Positions 32,121 through 40,665 of a DNA stretch of 64,000 nt are shown here, one piece after another. Position 1 is the first letter of the stretch. The number at the start of each line of letters is the position of its first letter. Under the pieces are notes generated by a model. It was not told where the DNA came from. It did not search any database and worked only from the letters and a program-made list of their open reading frames with translations. The translations under genes were made by a program, and so were the position numbers. Source of the DNA: Thermodesulfobacteriota bacterium (GTDB lineage: Bacteria; Desulfobacterota; Desulfarculia; JACQYL01); NCBI GenBank assembly GCA_963675595.2, contig CAXXLZ010000002.1, positions 4,448,001 to 4,512,000 on the forward strand, in the 5' to 3' direction.

Positions 32121-33253
32121 GAGTTCTGCACTTGCTGAAAACCTCCGTGGGAGCTTCTTGGGCCCTCCGTCAGACGCGTGAGCTGGCCCGGCTCGGTGTG
32201 GAGGTGCATGTGGCCCTTCCTTCGGGACCTCTCGTGCAGCGGTATGTCGACGTCGGGGTGAGAGTACACGAAGAATGCTTCGATATCCCGTTGGGGCGCC
32301 CCTGGGAGATTCCCCATATTCTCTCGCGGCTCAGGCGTTTGGTCGCTTTGGTACGGCCTGATCTGATTCACAGTCATTTCCCGGCGACCACGCTCATGGC
32401 CAGGGCGGCCTTGGGGAAGGACCACAAGACGCCCAGAGTCTTTCAAGTACCGGGGCCTCTGCATCTGGAGCATCCCTTGTTTCGCGATCTGGAGGTTGCT
32501 TCGGCGGGTTCCGCGGACTACTGGATCGGTTCCTGTCGTTGGACGGTCCGGAAATATCGGACCCTCGGAATTCCGCCGGACCGGATCTTCTTCTCCTACT
32601 ATGGGACCGACGTGGAATACGCCGAAGAAGGCAAGAAAGGAGCGCTTCGGAACCTGATCGGAGTGGGGGCGGAAACACCGATTATAGGCATGGTGGCCTA
32701 CATGTACGCCCCGAAAAGACTGTTCGGGCAGTGCAAAGGGCTGAAAGGGCACGAAGACCTGATCGACGCTCTGGCATGGTGCCTCGACCGACGGCCGGGA
32801 TTGAAGGGTGTTTTTATCGGCGGAGCCTGGAACGGCGCCTTCCGATATGAGGGGAAAATCAGAGCCTACGGGAGAGCTCGATGCGGGGATTCGGTCGTTT
32901 TCTTGGGTACGAGGGATGATGTGCACAAGCTCTATCCGGATTTCGATTTGGCCGTACATCCTTCCCATTCCGAGAACGTGGGAGGAGCGGTGGAGTCCTT
33001 CCTGCACGGTATCCCGACCGTTACCACGGATGTCGGCGGATTCCCGGACTTGGTGGAACCTGGAGTGACGGGTTGGCTGGTTCGGCCTCGGGACCCGGTG
33101 GGCTTGGGCCGTGCCGTGCTCGGGGCATTGGAAGACCCCGAACGATCCCGCCGGATGGCGTATGCGGGACGGGAAAAGACCCGAAAGTTGTTCGATGTGA
33201 TCAAGACCGCCAAGGAAGTGCGGGAAATCTATCTGCGAATTCTGAACGCCTAG
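32117..33253 (+). CDS. Glycosyltransferase family 4
   Basis: KGHEDLIDA, FLGTRDDV, PSHSENVGGAVES, DVGGFPDLV. Confidence 0.9.
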   Translation: MRVLHLLKTSVGASWALRQTRELARLGVEVHVALPSGPLVQRYVDVGVRVHEECFDIPLGRPWEIPHILSRLRRLVALVRPDLIHSHFPATTLMARAALGKDHKTPRVFQVPGPLHLEHPLFRDLEVASAGSADYWIGSCRWTVRKYRTLGIPPDRIFFSYYGTDVEYAEEGKKGALRNLIGVGAETPIIGMVAYMYAPKRLFGQCKGLKGHEDLIDALAWCLDRRPGLKGVFIGGAWNGAFRYEGKIRAYGRARCGDSVVFLGTRDDVHKLYPDFDLAVHPSHSENVGGAVESFLHGIPTVTTDVGGFPDLVEPGVTGWLVRPRDPVGLGRAVLGALEDPERSRRMAYAGREKTRKLFDVIKTAKEVREIYLRILNA

Positions 33254-33389
33254 CTGTTGTCCGGCACGATTTTCCGCAAACCTTCATGGAGTGAACCCGG
33301 CCAAAGGTTAATTTCACGGCGGGAGCTAGGGCGGAGTGCCGGGCCGCCTCTCACGCGGACTTGGGTAAGGCCCCTTTCTGGAACAACCG

Positions 33390-34076
33390 ATGCGGCGTAG
33401 CGAAGTTTCGACCCCCATATTCGCCGGATGCGCGCGGTTCGAAGCCGGCAACCGGCTTGATAGTCGGTTCAAACGTCGAATGGATTTCTGGGGTGCGTTG
33501 TCGGCCCTGGTCTTACTATCTCCCGTGTTCCTGCTGGTGTATTGTCTGGTCTTCAGCTTCATGGGAAGACCCGTGTATTTTTCCCAGATCAGAGCGGGAC
33601 GGAGGGGCCGTCCCTTCAGGTTGTACAAATTTCGAACCATGGAGGATACCCGGGACGATCAAGGCCGACTATTGCCCGACGCGGTCAGGATCACTCCCCT
33701 GGGGCGTATGCTCCGGTCCTCTTCGTTGGACGAGTTGCCCCAACTCTGGAACGTACTGAGGGGCGATATGAGTCTGGTGGGTCCACGTCCACTCCCCGTC
33801 GCCTATTTGGAACGTTACGATTCGGTACAGATGCGCAGGCACGATGTGAAGCCCGGATTGACCGGACTGGCCCAGGTGTTGGGACGAAACCGGTTAGGTT
33901 GGGATGAGCGATTCCGATTGGACGTTTGGTATGTGGACCACAGGTCTTTGCTCTTGGAGCTCGGAATCATCGCGAAGACTTTTGAAAAGCTCCTGAAGCG
34001 GGACGGCATTTCGCATCCGGGTTCGGCGACCATGTCGGAATTTCGGGGGAATTCCGGTCTGGAATCCGCCTCCTAG
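33390..34076 (+). CDS. Initiating polyprenyl-phosphate sugar phosphotransferase (PglC-like)
   Basis: KRRMD, FRLYKFRTM, LRSSSLDELPQLWNVLRGDMSLVGPRP, KPGLTGLAQV.GRN. Confidence 0.92.
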   Translation: MRRSEVSTPIFAGCARFEAGNRLDSRFKRRMDFWGALSALVLLSPVFLLVYCLVFSFMGRPVYFSQIRAGRRGRPFRLYKFRTMEDTRDDQGRLLPDAVRITPLGRMLRSSSLDELPQLWNVLRGDMSLVGPRPLPVAYLERYDSVQMRRHDVKPGLTGLAQVLGRNRLGWDERFRLDVWYVDHRSLLLELGIIAKTFEKLLKRDGISHPGSATMSEFRGNSGLESAS

Positions 34077-34212
34077 CCGCTGAGATCGTCCTGCCCGATG
34101 GGCGGCGACGTCTTTTTGCGGGTATGGAAGAAACCGGCCGGGGAAACTCGGTCGTTTCTTGTTATAAACGAAGACCGTTTTCGGCCTTTAACTGAGGACG
34201 AGTTCCAAGCAT

Positions 34213-35391
34213 ATGGTTGAAGGCAAACAAGTGGGGGAACCGGTTATCGAGCAACGGCATGGAAAGTCGGATTTCATCTTTCTTTCTCCTCCTCATCTTT
34301 CGGGGACGGAATTGAAGTATGTAGCCGAAGCCTTCGCAACGAATTACGTGGCTCCTTTGGGTCCCATGACCGAGGCGTTTGAAGAGGAGTTCCGTCGCAG
34401 GTTGGGATTCAAAGCGGCCGTATCCGTGAACAGCGGCACCGCGGCGCTGCATCTCGCGCTTCATGTGTTGGGTGTGAGCAAGGGCGATGAGGTGTTGGTT
34501 TCCGACTTGACGTTCATCGGAGGTGTATCCCCAGTGGTCTATTTGGGGGCCACGCCGGTATTCATCGATTCCGAACGGGCTTCGTGGAATATGGACCCGG
34601 ATCTCCTGGCCGAGGAATTGGCCTGCCGTGCCGCGAAGGGGAATCCGCCCAAAGCCGTGGTGCCCACGGATCTGTACGGACAGAGTTCGGACGTGGACCG
34701 CCTTGTCGAGGCATGCAACCGGTACGAGGTTCCCGTGGTGCTGGATTCCGCCGAGGCTTTGGGGGCCACGTATAAGGGCGGGAGCGCCGGCTTGGGAGGC
34801 AAAGCCGCGATCTTCTCCTTCAACGGCAACAAGATCATTACGACCTCGGGGGGAGGCATGCTCGCCTCCAACGATCCCGATCTCATCGCCAAGGCCCGTT
34901 TCCTGGCACAACAGGCCAGAGAGCCCGCGATCCATTACGAGCACAGGCAAATCGGATACAATTACCGCATGAGCAACATCCTGGCGGCCATCGGCTTGGG
35001 ACAGATTTCCGTCCTGGACGAAAGAGTTCGGCAGCGGCGAAAGGTGTTTTCCTACTACCAAGACCGACTTGGGGATCTTCCCGGAATTGAGTTCATGCCG
35101 GAGGCCTCGTACGGGGTTTGCTCTCGTTGGCTGACGGTGGTTCTGATCACCCCGGAACTTTTCGGACGGAATCGCGAGGATGTGTGCACCGCTTTGAAGG
35201 AGGCGAACATCGAGTCGCGACCCGTGTGGAAGCCGATGCACCTGCAACCCGTGTTCGAGGGTTTTCGGGTCCGCGGGGGCGCGGTGAGCGAAGACTTGTT
35301 TCGGCGAGGCTTGTGTTTGCCCTCGGGCTCGGCCATGACCGAGCAGGACCTGGATCGCGTGGTTTCCGTGGTTCGGTCGTGCGGCTCCTGA
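34213..35391 (+). CDS. DegT/DnrJ/EryC1/StrS aminotransferase (PglE/EpsN-like)
   Basis: IFLSPPH, SGTAALHLAL, DSAEALG, SFNGNKIITTSGGG, GYNYRMSN, SRPVWKPMHLQP, LCLPSG. Confidence 0.92.
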   Translation: MVEGKQVGEPVIEQRHGKSDFIFLSPPHLSGTELKYVAEAFATNYVAPLGPMTEAFEEEFRRRLGFKAAVSVNSGTAALHLALHVLGVSKGDEVLVSDLTFIGGVSPVVYLGATPVFIDSERASWNMDPDLLAEELACRAAKGNPPKAVVPTDLYGQSSDVDRLVEACNRYEVPVVLDSAEALGATYKGGSAGLGGKAAIFSFNGNKIITTSGGGMLASNDPDLIAKARFLAQQAREPAIHYEHRQIGYNYRMSNILAAIGLGQISVLDERVRQRRKVFSYYQDRLGDLPGIEFMPEASYGVCSRWLTVVLITPELFGRNREDVCTALKEANIESRPVWKPMHLQPVFEGFRVRGGAVSEDLFRRGLCLPSGSAMTEQDLDRVVSVVRSCGS

Positions 35392-35507
35392 AGTACCGAG
35401 TGCCGAGAGGGGGGCTGCCCGGCAAAGGAGTCCGGCCGAAGAGTATGACGACCTATTGACAGTTGCCGATTGAATTGCTAAAAAGAGCCATATTACCTTC
35501 ACAAGAT

Positions 35508-35612
35508 GGGCTTGGATCCAGAGGGTCGGACCGAGACTCGAAAGGGAATTCCGAACAGCGCCCGAGACCGGATGAGAAGCGTCACCGGTACAAGGGAGAT
35601 CACGCTCGGAAG
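35508..35612 (+). ncRNA. Probable pan RNA motif (cis-regulatory leader of pantothenate genes)
   Basis: Tandem hairpins with bulged A residues (CTTGG-A-TCC/GGA-CCGAG-A-C; CCGG-A-TGA/TCA-CCGG) directly upstream of panC; pan RNAs are known from deltaproteobacteria. Confidence 0.55.
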
Positions 35613-35626
35613 AGGTTGAATCCTTG

Positions 35627-35659
35627 AACCTTTCGGTCGCCCGGCCGGAGGGTTTTTTT
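35627..35659 (+). terminator. Leader terminator/attenuator hairpin that also covers the panC RBS
   Basis: AACCTTTCGGTCG/CGGCCGGAGGGTT stem then T tract; GGAGGG lies in the 3' arm and the GTG start follows at 35660. Confidence 0.7.
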
Positions 35660-36505
35660 GTGGAATTGATTCGGGATGTCCGACAAATGCGTTTGTGGTC
35701 CCTCGATTTGAGGAGGGAAGGCAAACGCATTTCTTTTGTTCCCACCATGGGATTCCTGCATGAGGGACATTTGAGCCTCATCAGGGCCGCCCGGAAGGCC
35801 GGCGATGCGGTGGTGGTGAGCATTTTCGTCAATCCCACTCAATTCGGCCCCCAGGAGGATCTGGATGCCTACCCGCGAGATCTGGACCGGGATATGGCTT
35901 TGTGCCGTGAGGAAGGTGTGGACCTCATCTATCACCCGGAACCCGGAAGTATGTACCCCGAGGGGTTTCAGACCTACGTGGAGGTGGAAGGTGTGAGCCG
36001 AGGGCTGTGCGGAGCGAGCAGACCCGGCCATTTTCGCGGGGTGGCCACGGTGGTGGCCAAGCTGTTCAATCAGGTGGCTCCCCACGCGGCGTTTTTCGGC
36101 ATGAAGGACTTCCAGCAGGTCGCCGTCATTCGCCGGATGGTTCGGGATCTGGACATGGACGTGGAAGTGCTCGGATGCCCCACGGTGAGGGAATCCGACG
36201 GTCTGGCCATGAGTTCCAGGAACGTCTACCTGAGCCCGGAGGGTCGCAAGGCGGCTCTGTGTCTGCATCGCTCCATCCTGCTCGCTCGGAAACTGCTCGA
36301 CGAAGGGGTACGGGAGAGCTCGGAGATCACGGAAAAAGTGACACGGCTCATTGGGGATGAGCCGTTGGCGCGGATCGATTACGTGGAAATCAGACACCCG
36401 GATACATTGGAACCGTTGCCCGTAATCAGCGAGCGTGGAGTGCTCCTCCTTGCCGTGCGGGTGGAAAAAGCCAGGCTCATTGACAACGGTTTGTTGCCGG
36501 AATGA
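35660..36505 (+). CDS. panC: Pantoate-beta-alanine ligase
   Basis: VPTMGFLHEGH, SIFVNPTQF, RPGHFRGVATVV.KLF, FGMKDFQQ, DGLAMSSRN, RLIDN. Confidence 0.96.
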   Translation: MELIRDVRQMRLWSLDLRREGKRISFVPTMGFLHEGHLSLIRAARKAGDAVVVSIFVNPTQFGPQEDLDAYPRDLDRDMALCREEGVDLIYHPEPGSMYPEGFQTYVEVEGVSRGLCGASRPGHFRGVATVVAKLFNQVAPHAAFFGMKDFQQVAVIRRMVRDLDMDVEVLGCPTVRESDGLAMSSRNVYLSPEGRKAALCLHRSILLARKLLDEGVRESSEITEKVTRLIGDEPLARIDYVEIRHPDTLEPLPVISERGVLLLAVRVEKARLIDNGLLPE

Positions 36506-36516
36506 AAGGGAGAAAC

Positions 36517-36912
36517 ATGGAGCGCATCCTGTTGAAGTCCAAAATCCATCGGGCCACGATTACGGAAGCGGACCTCCACTATGAAGGAAGCATGGCCATT
36601 GACCTGAACCTTCTGGAGGCGGCAAACATTGTACCCTACGAAATGGTGCGGGTGTACAACATCAACAATGGAGCGCGCTTCGAGACCTACGCCATCGAAG
36701 CGCCGCGTGGATCCGGTACGATTTCCCTGAATGGAGCGGCGGCCCGGATGGGGCATAGAGGCGATTTGGTGATCGTCACCACCTTTGTGAACGTGAAGGA
36801 AGAGGAAGTGGCGAAGCACCGGCCGGTGCTGGTATTCGTTGGTGAAGGGAACGGGATCGGCGAAATTACCCGTGAACCCGAGGAACCGTGTAGAGTGCGT
36901 TCCGTGGGCTGA
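36517..36912 (+). CDS. panD: Aspartate 1-decarboxylase
   Basis: LKSKIHRATIT.ADL.YEGS (self-cleavage site), NGARFETY, LNGAAAR. Confidence 0.96.
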   Translation: MERILLKSKIHRATITEADLHYEGSMAIDLNLLEAANIVPYEMVRVYNINNGARFETYAIEAPRGSGTISLNGAAARMGHRGDLVIVTTFVNVKEEEVAKHRPVLVFVGEGNGIGEITREPEEPCRVRSVG

Positions 36913-36933
36913 AACCGGCGGACCGGGAGCGTG

Positions 36934-36970
36934 AAAAGATCGGGGCGGGAACGGGAGCCCCGATTTTTTT
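36934..36970 (+). terminator. Intrinsic terminator after panD
   Basis: ATCGGGGC/GCCCCGAT stem followed by a T tract. Confidence 0.75.
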
Positions 36971-36971
36971 A

Positions 36972-37005
36972 TTGACGAATAAACGATCGTTTGATACGAA
37001 CGTTC
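36972..37005 (+). promoter_or_regulatory. Promoter with palindromic operators, probably bound by the downstream TetR regulator
   Basis: TTGACG followed by perfect palindromes AAACGATCGTTT (36981-36992) and CGAACGTTCG (36996-37005). Confidence 0.6.
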
Positions 37006-37028
37006 GAAACATCCGGAAGCAGGGCTTC

Positions 37029-37775
37029 ATGACCCAAATCTCGAATAATGAAAAAGTCGAAGACACGAGGGAGCGAATCCTGGACGAGGCGGAAATTCTT
37101 TTCGCCGGGCAGGGCTACCACGCCGTCAGTGTCCGTGAAATTACCTCCGCGGCTCAGTGCAACCTCGCCGCGGTGAACTATCATTTCGGCAACAAACACA
37201 ACCTCTACCTCGAAGTATTCCGTTCCCGCGTGATCCCAAGGGCCGAAAGGCTCCATAGAGCCTTTGAAGCTTTTCTGGAGGAAGAACCGGAAACTTCAAC
37301 CGAGGCGGTCGTTCGTTCCCTGGCGCGAACGTTTCTCCAAGGCCCTTTGAGCGATGCGGAGCGGGAACGACATTACAGCCTGATCAGCCGTGAATTGGCT
37401 TTGGCCACCGAGGCTTTCGAGATGCTGGCTCAAAGAGCCTTCCAACCTTTCCTTCAGAGACTCTACCGTCTCCTGTTTCCGCAGCTTGATCCGGAGAGGT
37501 ACAAAGTCGAGGGCAAATTGCAGCTTCTGTGCCTCATCGCCCAAGTGCTCTATTTCAACTTTGCCAGGGCCAATGTCACACGGGTAACCGGATGTGAATA
37601 TGATGAACGCTTCAAAGCCCAAATCGTGGAAGCCATCACCCGGTTCTCGTTGCATGGCCTGACTTCCGATCCACGGGACTTCGACGGGAACGCGTCGGCC
37701 CTCGGCCGGGAAGCCGATCCCGAACGCAACGTGACGCGCCCGGAGCGTCTCGCATCCATGTCCGCCAAGGAGTAG
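37029..37775 (+). CDS. TetR family regulator (CecR/YbiH-like)
   Basis: TRERILDEAEILFA.QGY..VSVREIT..A.CNLAAVNYHFGNK..LY HTH. Confidence 0.88.
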   Translation: MTQISNNEKVEDTRERILDEAEILFAGQGYHAVSVREITSAAQCNLAAVNYHFGNKHNLYLEVFRSRVIPRAERLHRAFEAFLEEEPETSTEAVVRSLARTFLQGPLSDAERERHYSLISRELALATEAFEMLAQRAFQPFLQRLYRLLFPQLDPERYKVEGKLQLLCLIAQVLYFNFARANVTRVTGCEYDERFKAQIVEAITRFSLHGLTSDPRDFDGNASALGREADPERNVTRPERLASMSAKE

Positions 37776-37944
37776 CCGTGGATTCCGTCGGACGGCAAGA
37801 CCCCGGTCGATTCTTTCCCGAGCCGAATTTCCGCCGGGTATCGTAAATTCCCGGTTCTCGCGGCACGACAATCCGGGCGGAGCCGGAAGCCCGGGCCGCA
37901 ATAGTCCACCTTCTCGTAATCTCATGCCGTTGGCCGGTGAAACG

Positions 37945-39363
37945 ATGAAACAGACGATTCGAATCCTTTGTTTGGTTATGATGCTGCCTTGGTTGGGAAG
38001 TTGCATCAAGCTCGGTCCGGAGTATCGAAGGCCCGACCCTCCGTCCCCGGTTCCCCCGGCGTATCAAAACGCCGGCACGGACGAAGCCGATTCATGGTCG
38101 GATGCCTGGTGGCGGGAGTTCGCCAATCCCGAGATCGATCAATACGTCCGGGAGGCGCTGGGTCACAATCTGGACATCCAACAGGCCACCGCACGTATCC
38201 TCGAGTTACGCGCGGACCTGCGGGTGACTCGTTCGGATCGGTTTCCCTCGCTGGACGTCCGTGGACAATTCGAAAAAGAAAGATATGCCGCCCGAGAGAC
38301 GGACACCTTCAGTGTGTCTCTCCCGGCAAGCTTTGAATTGGACCTATGGGGGCGCTTGGCCGGATTGGAGGAAGCGGCGCGGGCCGATCTCCTGGCGGTC
38401 GAATCCAGTCGGAGGACCGTCGCCCAAGCCGTCATCGCGGAAACGGTGAGCCTGTACCTCGAAATGGAATCCTTTGAACGACGCATCCAAATCACGGAGC
38501 AGAGCATCGAGAATTATCGTCGGAGCCTGCGGTTGGTTCAGGGGAGGTACGAACGCGGGTTGACGTCGATTCTCGATCTGCGCCAAGCAAGAAGAACGTT
38601 GGCGGGAGCCGAGGCGGAGCTGCCTCTGCTGCGCAGGAGTCTTGGAATCACGCAGCAGAAGCTTTCCGTGCTCATCGGACGATATCCGGAGACGAGGCCG
38701 GCTCGAACCCACCCTCCGGATTATTTCAAACATCTTCCGCCGATACCCTCGGGCCTGCCGTCGGAACTCGTGGAACGCCGTCCCGACATAGCGGCGTCCG
38801 AGGCCGCGTTAACGGCGTTGAACGCTCGAGTGGGCGCCGCATTGGCGGCTCGTTTCCCCAGAATCCAACTAACCGGAAACTTCGGGTACGCCAGCGAGGA
38901 ACTCGGTTCTCTGGTTACGCCGGGAAACCAGATTTGGAGTCTGGCCGCGGGGATCCTCCAACCTCTGTTCGACGCGGGTGCACTGAAGGCTTCTCAGAGG
39001 AGGGCCGAGGCCCGCTACAGGCGGGGCGTCGCCGAATATGCCAGAACCGTGCTCGATGCCTTTGCGGAGGTGGAGGAGGCTTTGCTCTCCAGGAAAGAGC
39101 AGCTGGAAAGGCGGGAACGAGTGCTGGTGTTTCTGGAGGAGGCACGGGCCACTCAGCAGGTGGCGGAAACGCGTTATGAGCGGGGCGTACAGGATTACCT
39201 CTCCGTTTTGGACGCGCAACAGACTCGTTTCGGTGCGGAAGATACCTTGGTGCAGGCGGACTTGGCCGTGCTCGCCAATCGGGTGACACTGCACAGGGTC
39301 TTGGGTGGAGGATGGGGGGAATTACCTCCGGTGAACACCGAAGACACCCTCTGGATTTTTTGA
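37945..39363 (+). CDS. Outer membrane efflux lipoprotein (NodT/OprM family)
   Basis: Lipobox LGSC, GPEYRRP, WWREF, FELDLWG, PSELVERRPDI, VLGGGW. Confidence 0.92.
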   Translation: MKQTIRILCLVMMLPWLGSCIKLGPEYRRPDPPSPVPPAYQNAGTDEADSWSDAWWREFANPEIDQYVREALGHNLDIQQATARILELRADLRVTRSDRFPSLDVRGQFEKERYAARETDTFSVSLPASFELDLWGRLAGLEEAARADLLAVESSRRTVAQAVIAETVSLYLEMESFERRIQITEQSIENYRRSLRLVQGRYERGLTSILDLRQARRTLAGAEAELPLLRRSLGITQQKLSVLIGRYPETRPARTHPPDYFKHLPPIPSGLPSELVERRPDIAASEAALTALNARVGAALAARFPRIQLTGNFGYASEELGSLVTPGNQIWSLAAGILQPLFDAGALKASQRRAEARYRRGVAEYARTVLDAFAEVEEALLSRKEQLERRERVLVFLEEARATQQVAETRYERGVQDYLSVLDAQQTRFGAEDTLVQADLAVLANRVTLHRVLGGGWGELPPVNTEDTLWIF

Positions 39364-39483
39364 CGGAAGATATTGAGGAGTAAGGCGGCGTCGCCGCCGA
39401 AGTCCGAGAGAACTCGGATGAAAGGGACTGAAAGCGATCCGCTTTTCGGTCCGGAATGACTCAAACCAAAGAGTGTTAAAACC

Positions 39484-40665
39484 ATGAGCAAAGCAAAGAG
39501 AAGAGTCATCCACATTGTGCTGACCCTGGCCCTGGTTGGTTCCGGAATCATGGGGTTGGCGGCGTTGACCGCGAGCAAAAGCGAAATCAAGAAGGATTTG
39601 CCTCCGCCTCCGGTGCCCGTGGTGCGAACCCGGGCCGTGGAGGCCGGAAACCTCGTGATTCCGATCCACGGACAGGGAACCGTGAGCGCGTTGCGCGAGA
39701 TCAGCATGGTCCCGCAGGTAAGCGGTAAAGTGGTCCATATGTCGCCGTCCCTGATCAATGGAGGCGAGTTTCAAAAGGGCGACGTGCTGTTGAAAATCGA
39801 TCCGGTGGATTACGAGTTGGCGGTAACCCTGGCCCGCGCCAAAGTGAAGGACTCGGAAAGCAACCTGAGGATCGCGGAAGAGACGGCGGCCATGGCCGTC
39901 GAGGAGTGGAGAGAGCATGTCGGCGGTTCCGGAAAAGAACGGACGCCTCCGCCCCTGGTGGCCAAGGAGCCTCAACTCCTCGCGGCGCAAGCCAAGCTGG
40001 ACGCCGACCGGGCGGAACTGCGCAAGGCGGTCCTGAACCTGGATCGGACGGTGATTCGCGCACCCTTCGAGGGGCGTGTGGACTCCAAACGCGTGGATAT
40101 CGGCCAGTACGTCACCGCGGGCCAGAATCTGGCCACCCTGTTTTCCACGGAAGCGGTGGAAATCGTAGTGCCCTTGGAGGACGCGGATTTGCAGTGGTTC
40201 CAGGTACCGGGCTTCACTCAGGGGAAAGGCCCCGGGTCCGAGGCGGTGGTCGGGGCCCGACTGGCGGGAGAGGAGCGAACCTGGAAAGGCCGAGTCGTGA
40301 GGGCCGAAGGCAAGATGGATGAGGAATCCCGCATGGTGAGGGTGGTGGTTCGGGTGGAACGGCCTTATGCGGCAAGGCCGCCCCTGGCGGTGGGTCTTTT
40401 TGTGACCGTGGATATTCGGGGTGACGCGCTACCCCAAGCCGCGGTCATTCCCCGGGCCGCTCTGCGCGCCGGGGACATGGTTTGGGTGGTGGAGGACCGG
40501 ACGCTCAAGTTCAGAAAGGTTTCGGTGGCCCTGGTGCAGGGAGACAGAGCCGTGATTGCGGGTGGGCTTTCCCATGGAGAGCGGGTGGCGGTCTCCGGCT
40601 TGAAGGCCGTGACGGACGGTATGACCGTGCGCCCGGTGGCCGAAGAGGAGCTCGAACAGTCATGA
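39484..40665 (+). CDS. RND periplasmic adaptor subunit
   Basis: N-terminal TM, PQVSGKV, KGDVLLKIDP, IRAPFEG, GLFV.V.I. Confidence 0.9.
   Translation: MSKAKRRVIHIVLTLALVGSGIMGLAALTASKSEIKKDLPPPPVPVVRTRAVEAGNLVIPIHGQGTVSALREISMVPQVSGKVVHMSPSLINGGEFQKGDVLLKIDPVDYELAVTLARAKVKDSESNLRIAEETAAMAVEEWREHVGGSGKERTPPPLVAKEPQLLAAQAKLDADRAELRKAVLNLDRTVIRAPFEGRVDSKRVDIGQYVTAGQNLATLFSTEAVEIVVPLEDADLQWFQVPGFTQGKGPGSEAVVGARLAGEERTWKGRVVRAEGKMDEESRMVRVVVRVERPYAARPPLAVGLFVTVDIRGDALPQAAVIPRAALRAGDMVWVVEDRTLKFRKVSVALVQGDRAVIAGGLSHGERVAVSGLKAVTDGMTVRPVAEEELEQS

Noticed and set aside
33261-33277. Second sigma54 promoter (GGCACGATTTTCCGC)
   Set aside because: GG-to-GC spacing is 11 rather than 10 nt
35508-35612. 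SAM-I, cobalamin or guanidine-I riboswitch
   Set aside because: Only short fragments (ATCCAGAG, AAAGGGAA) match; the bulged-A hairpins and panC context fit the pan motif better
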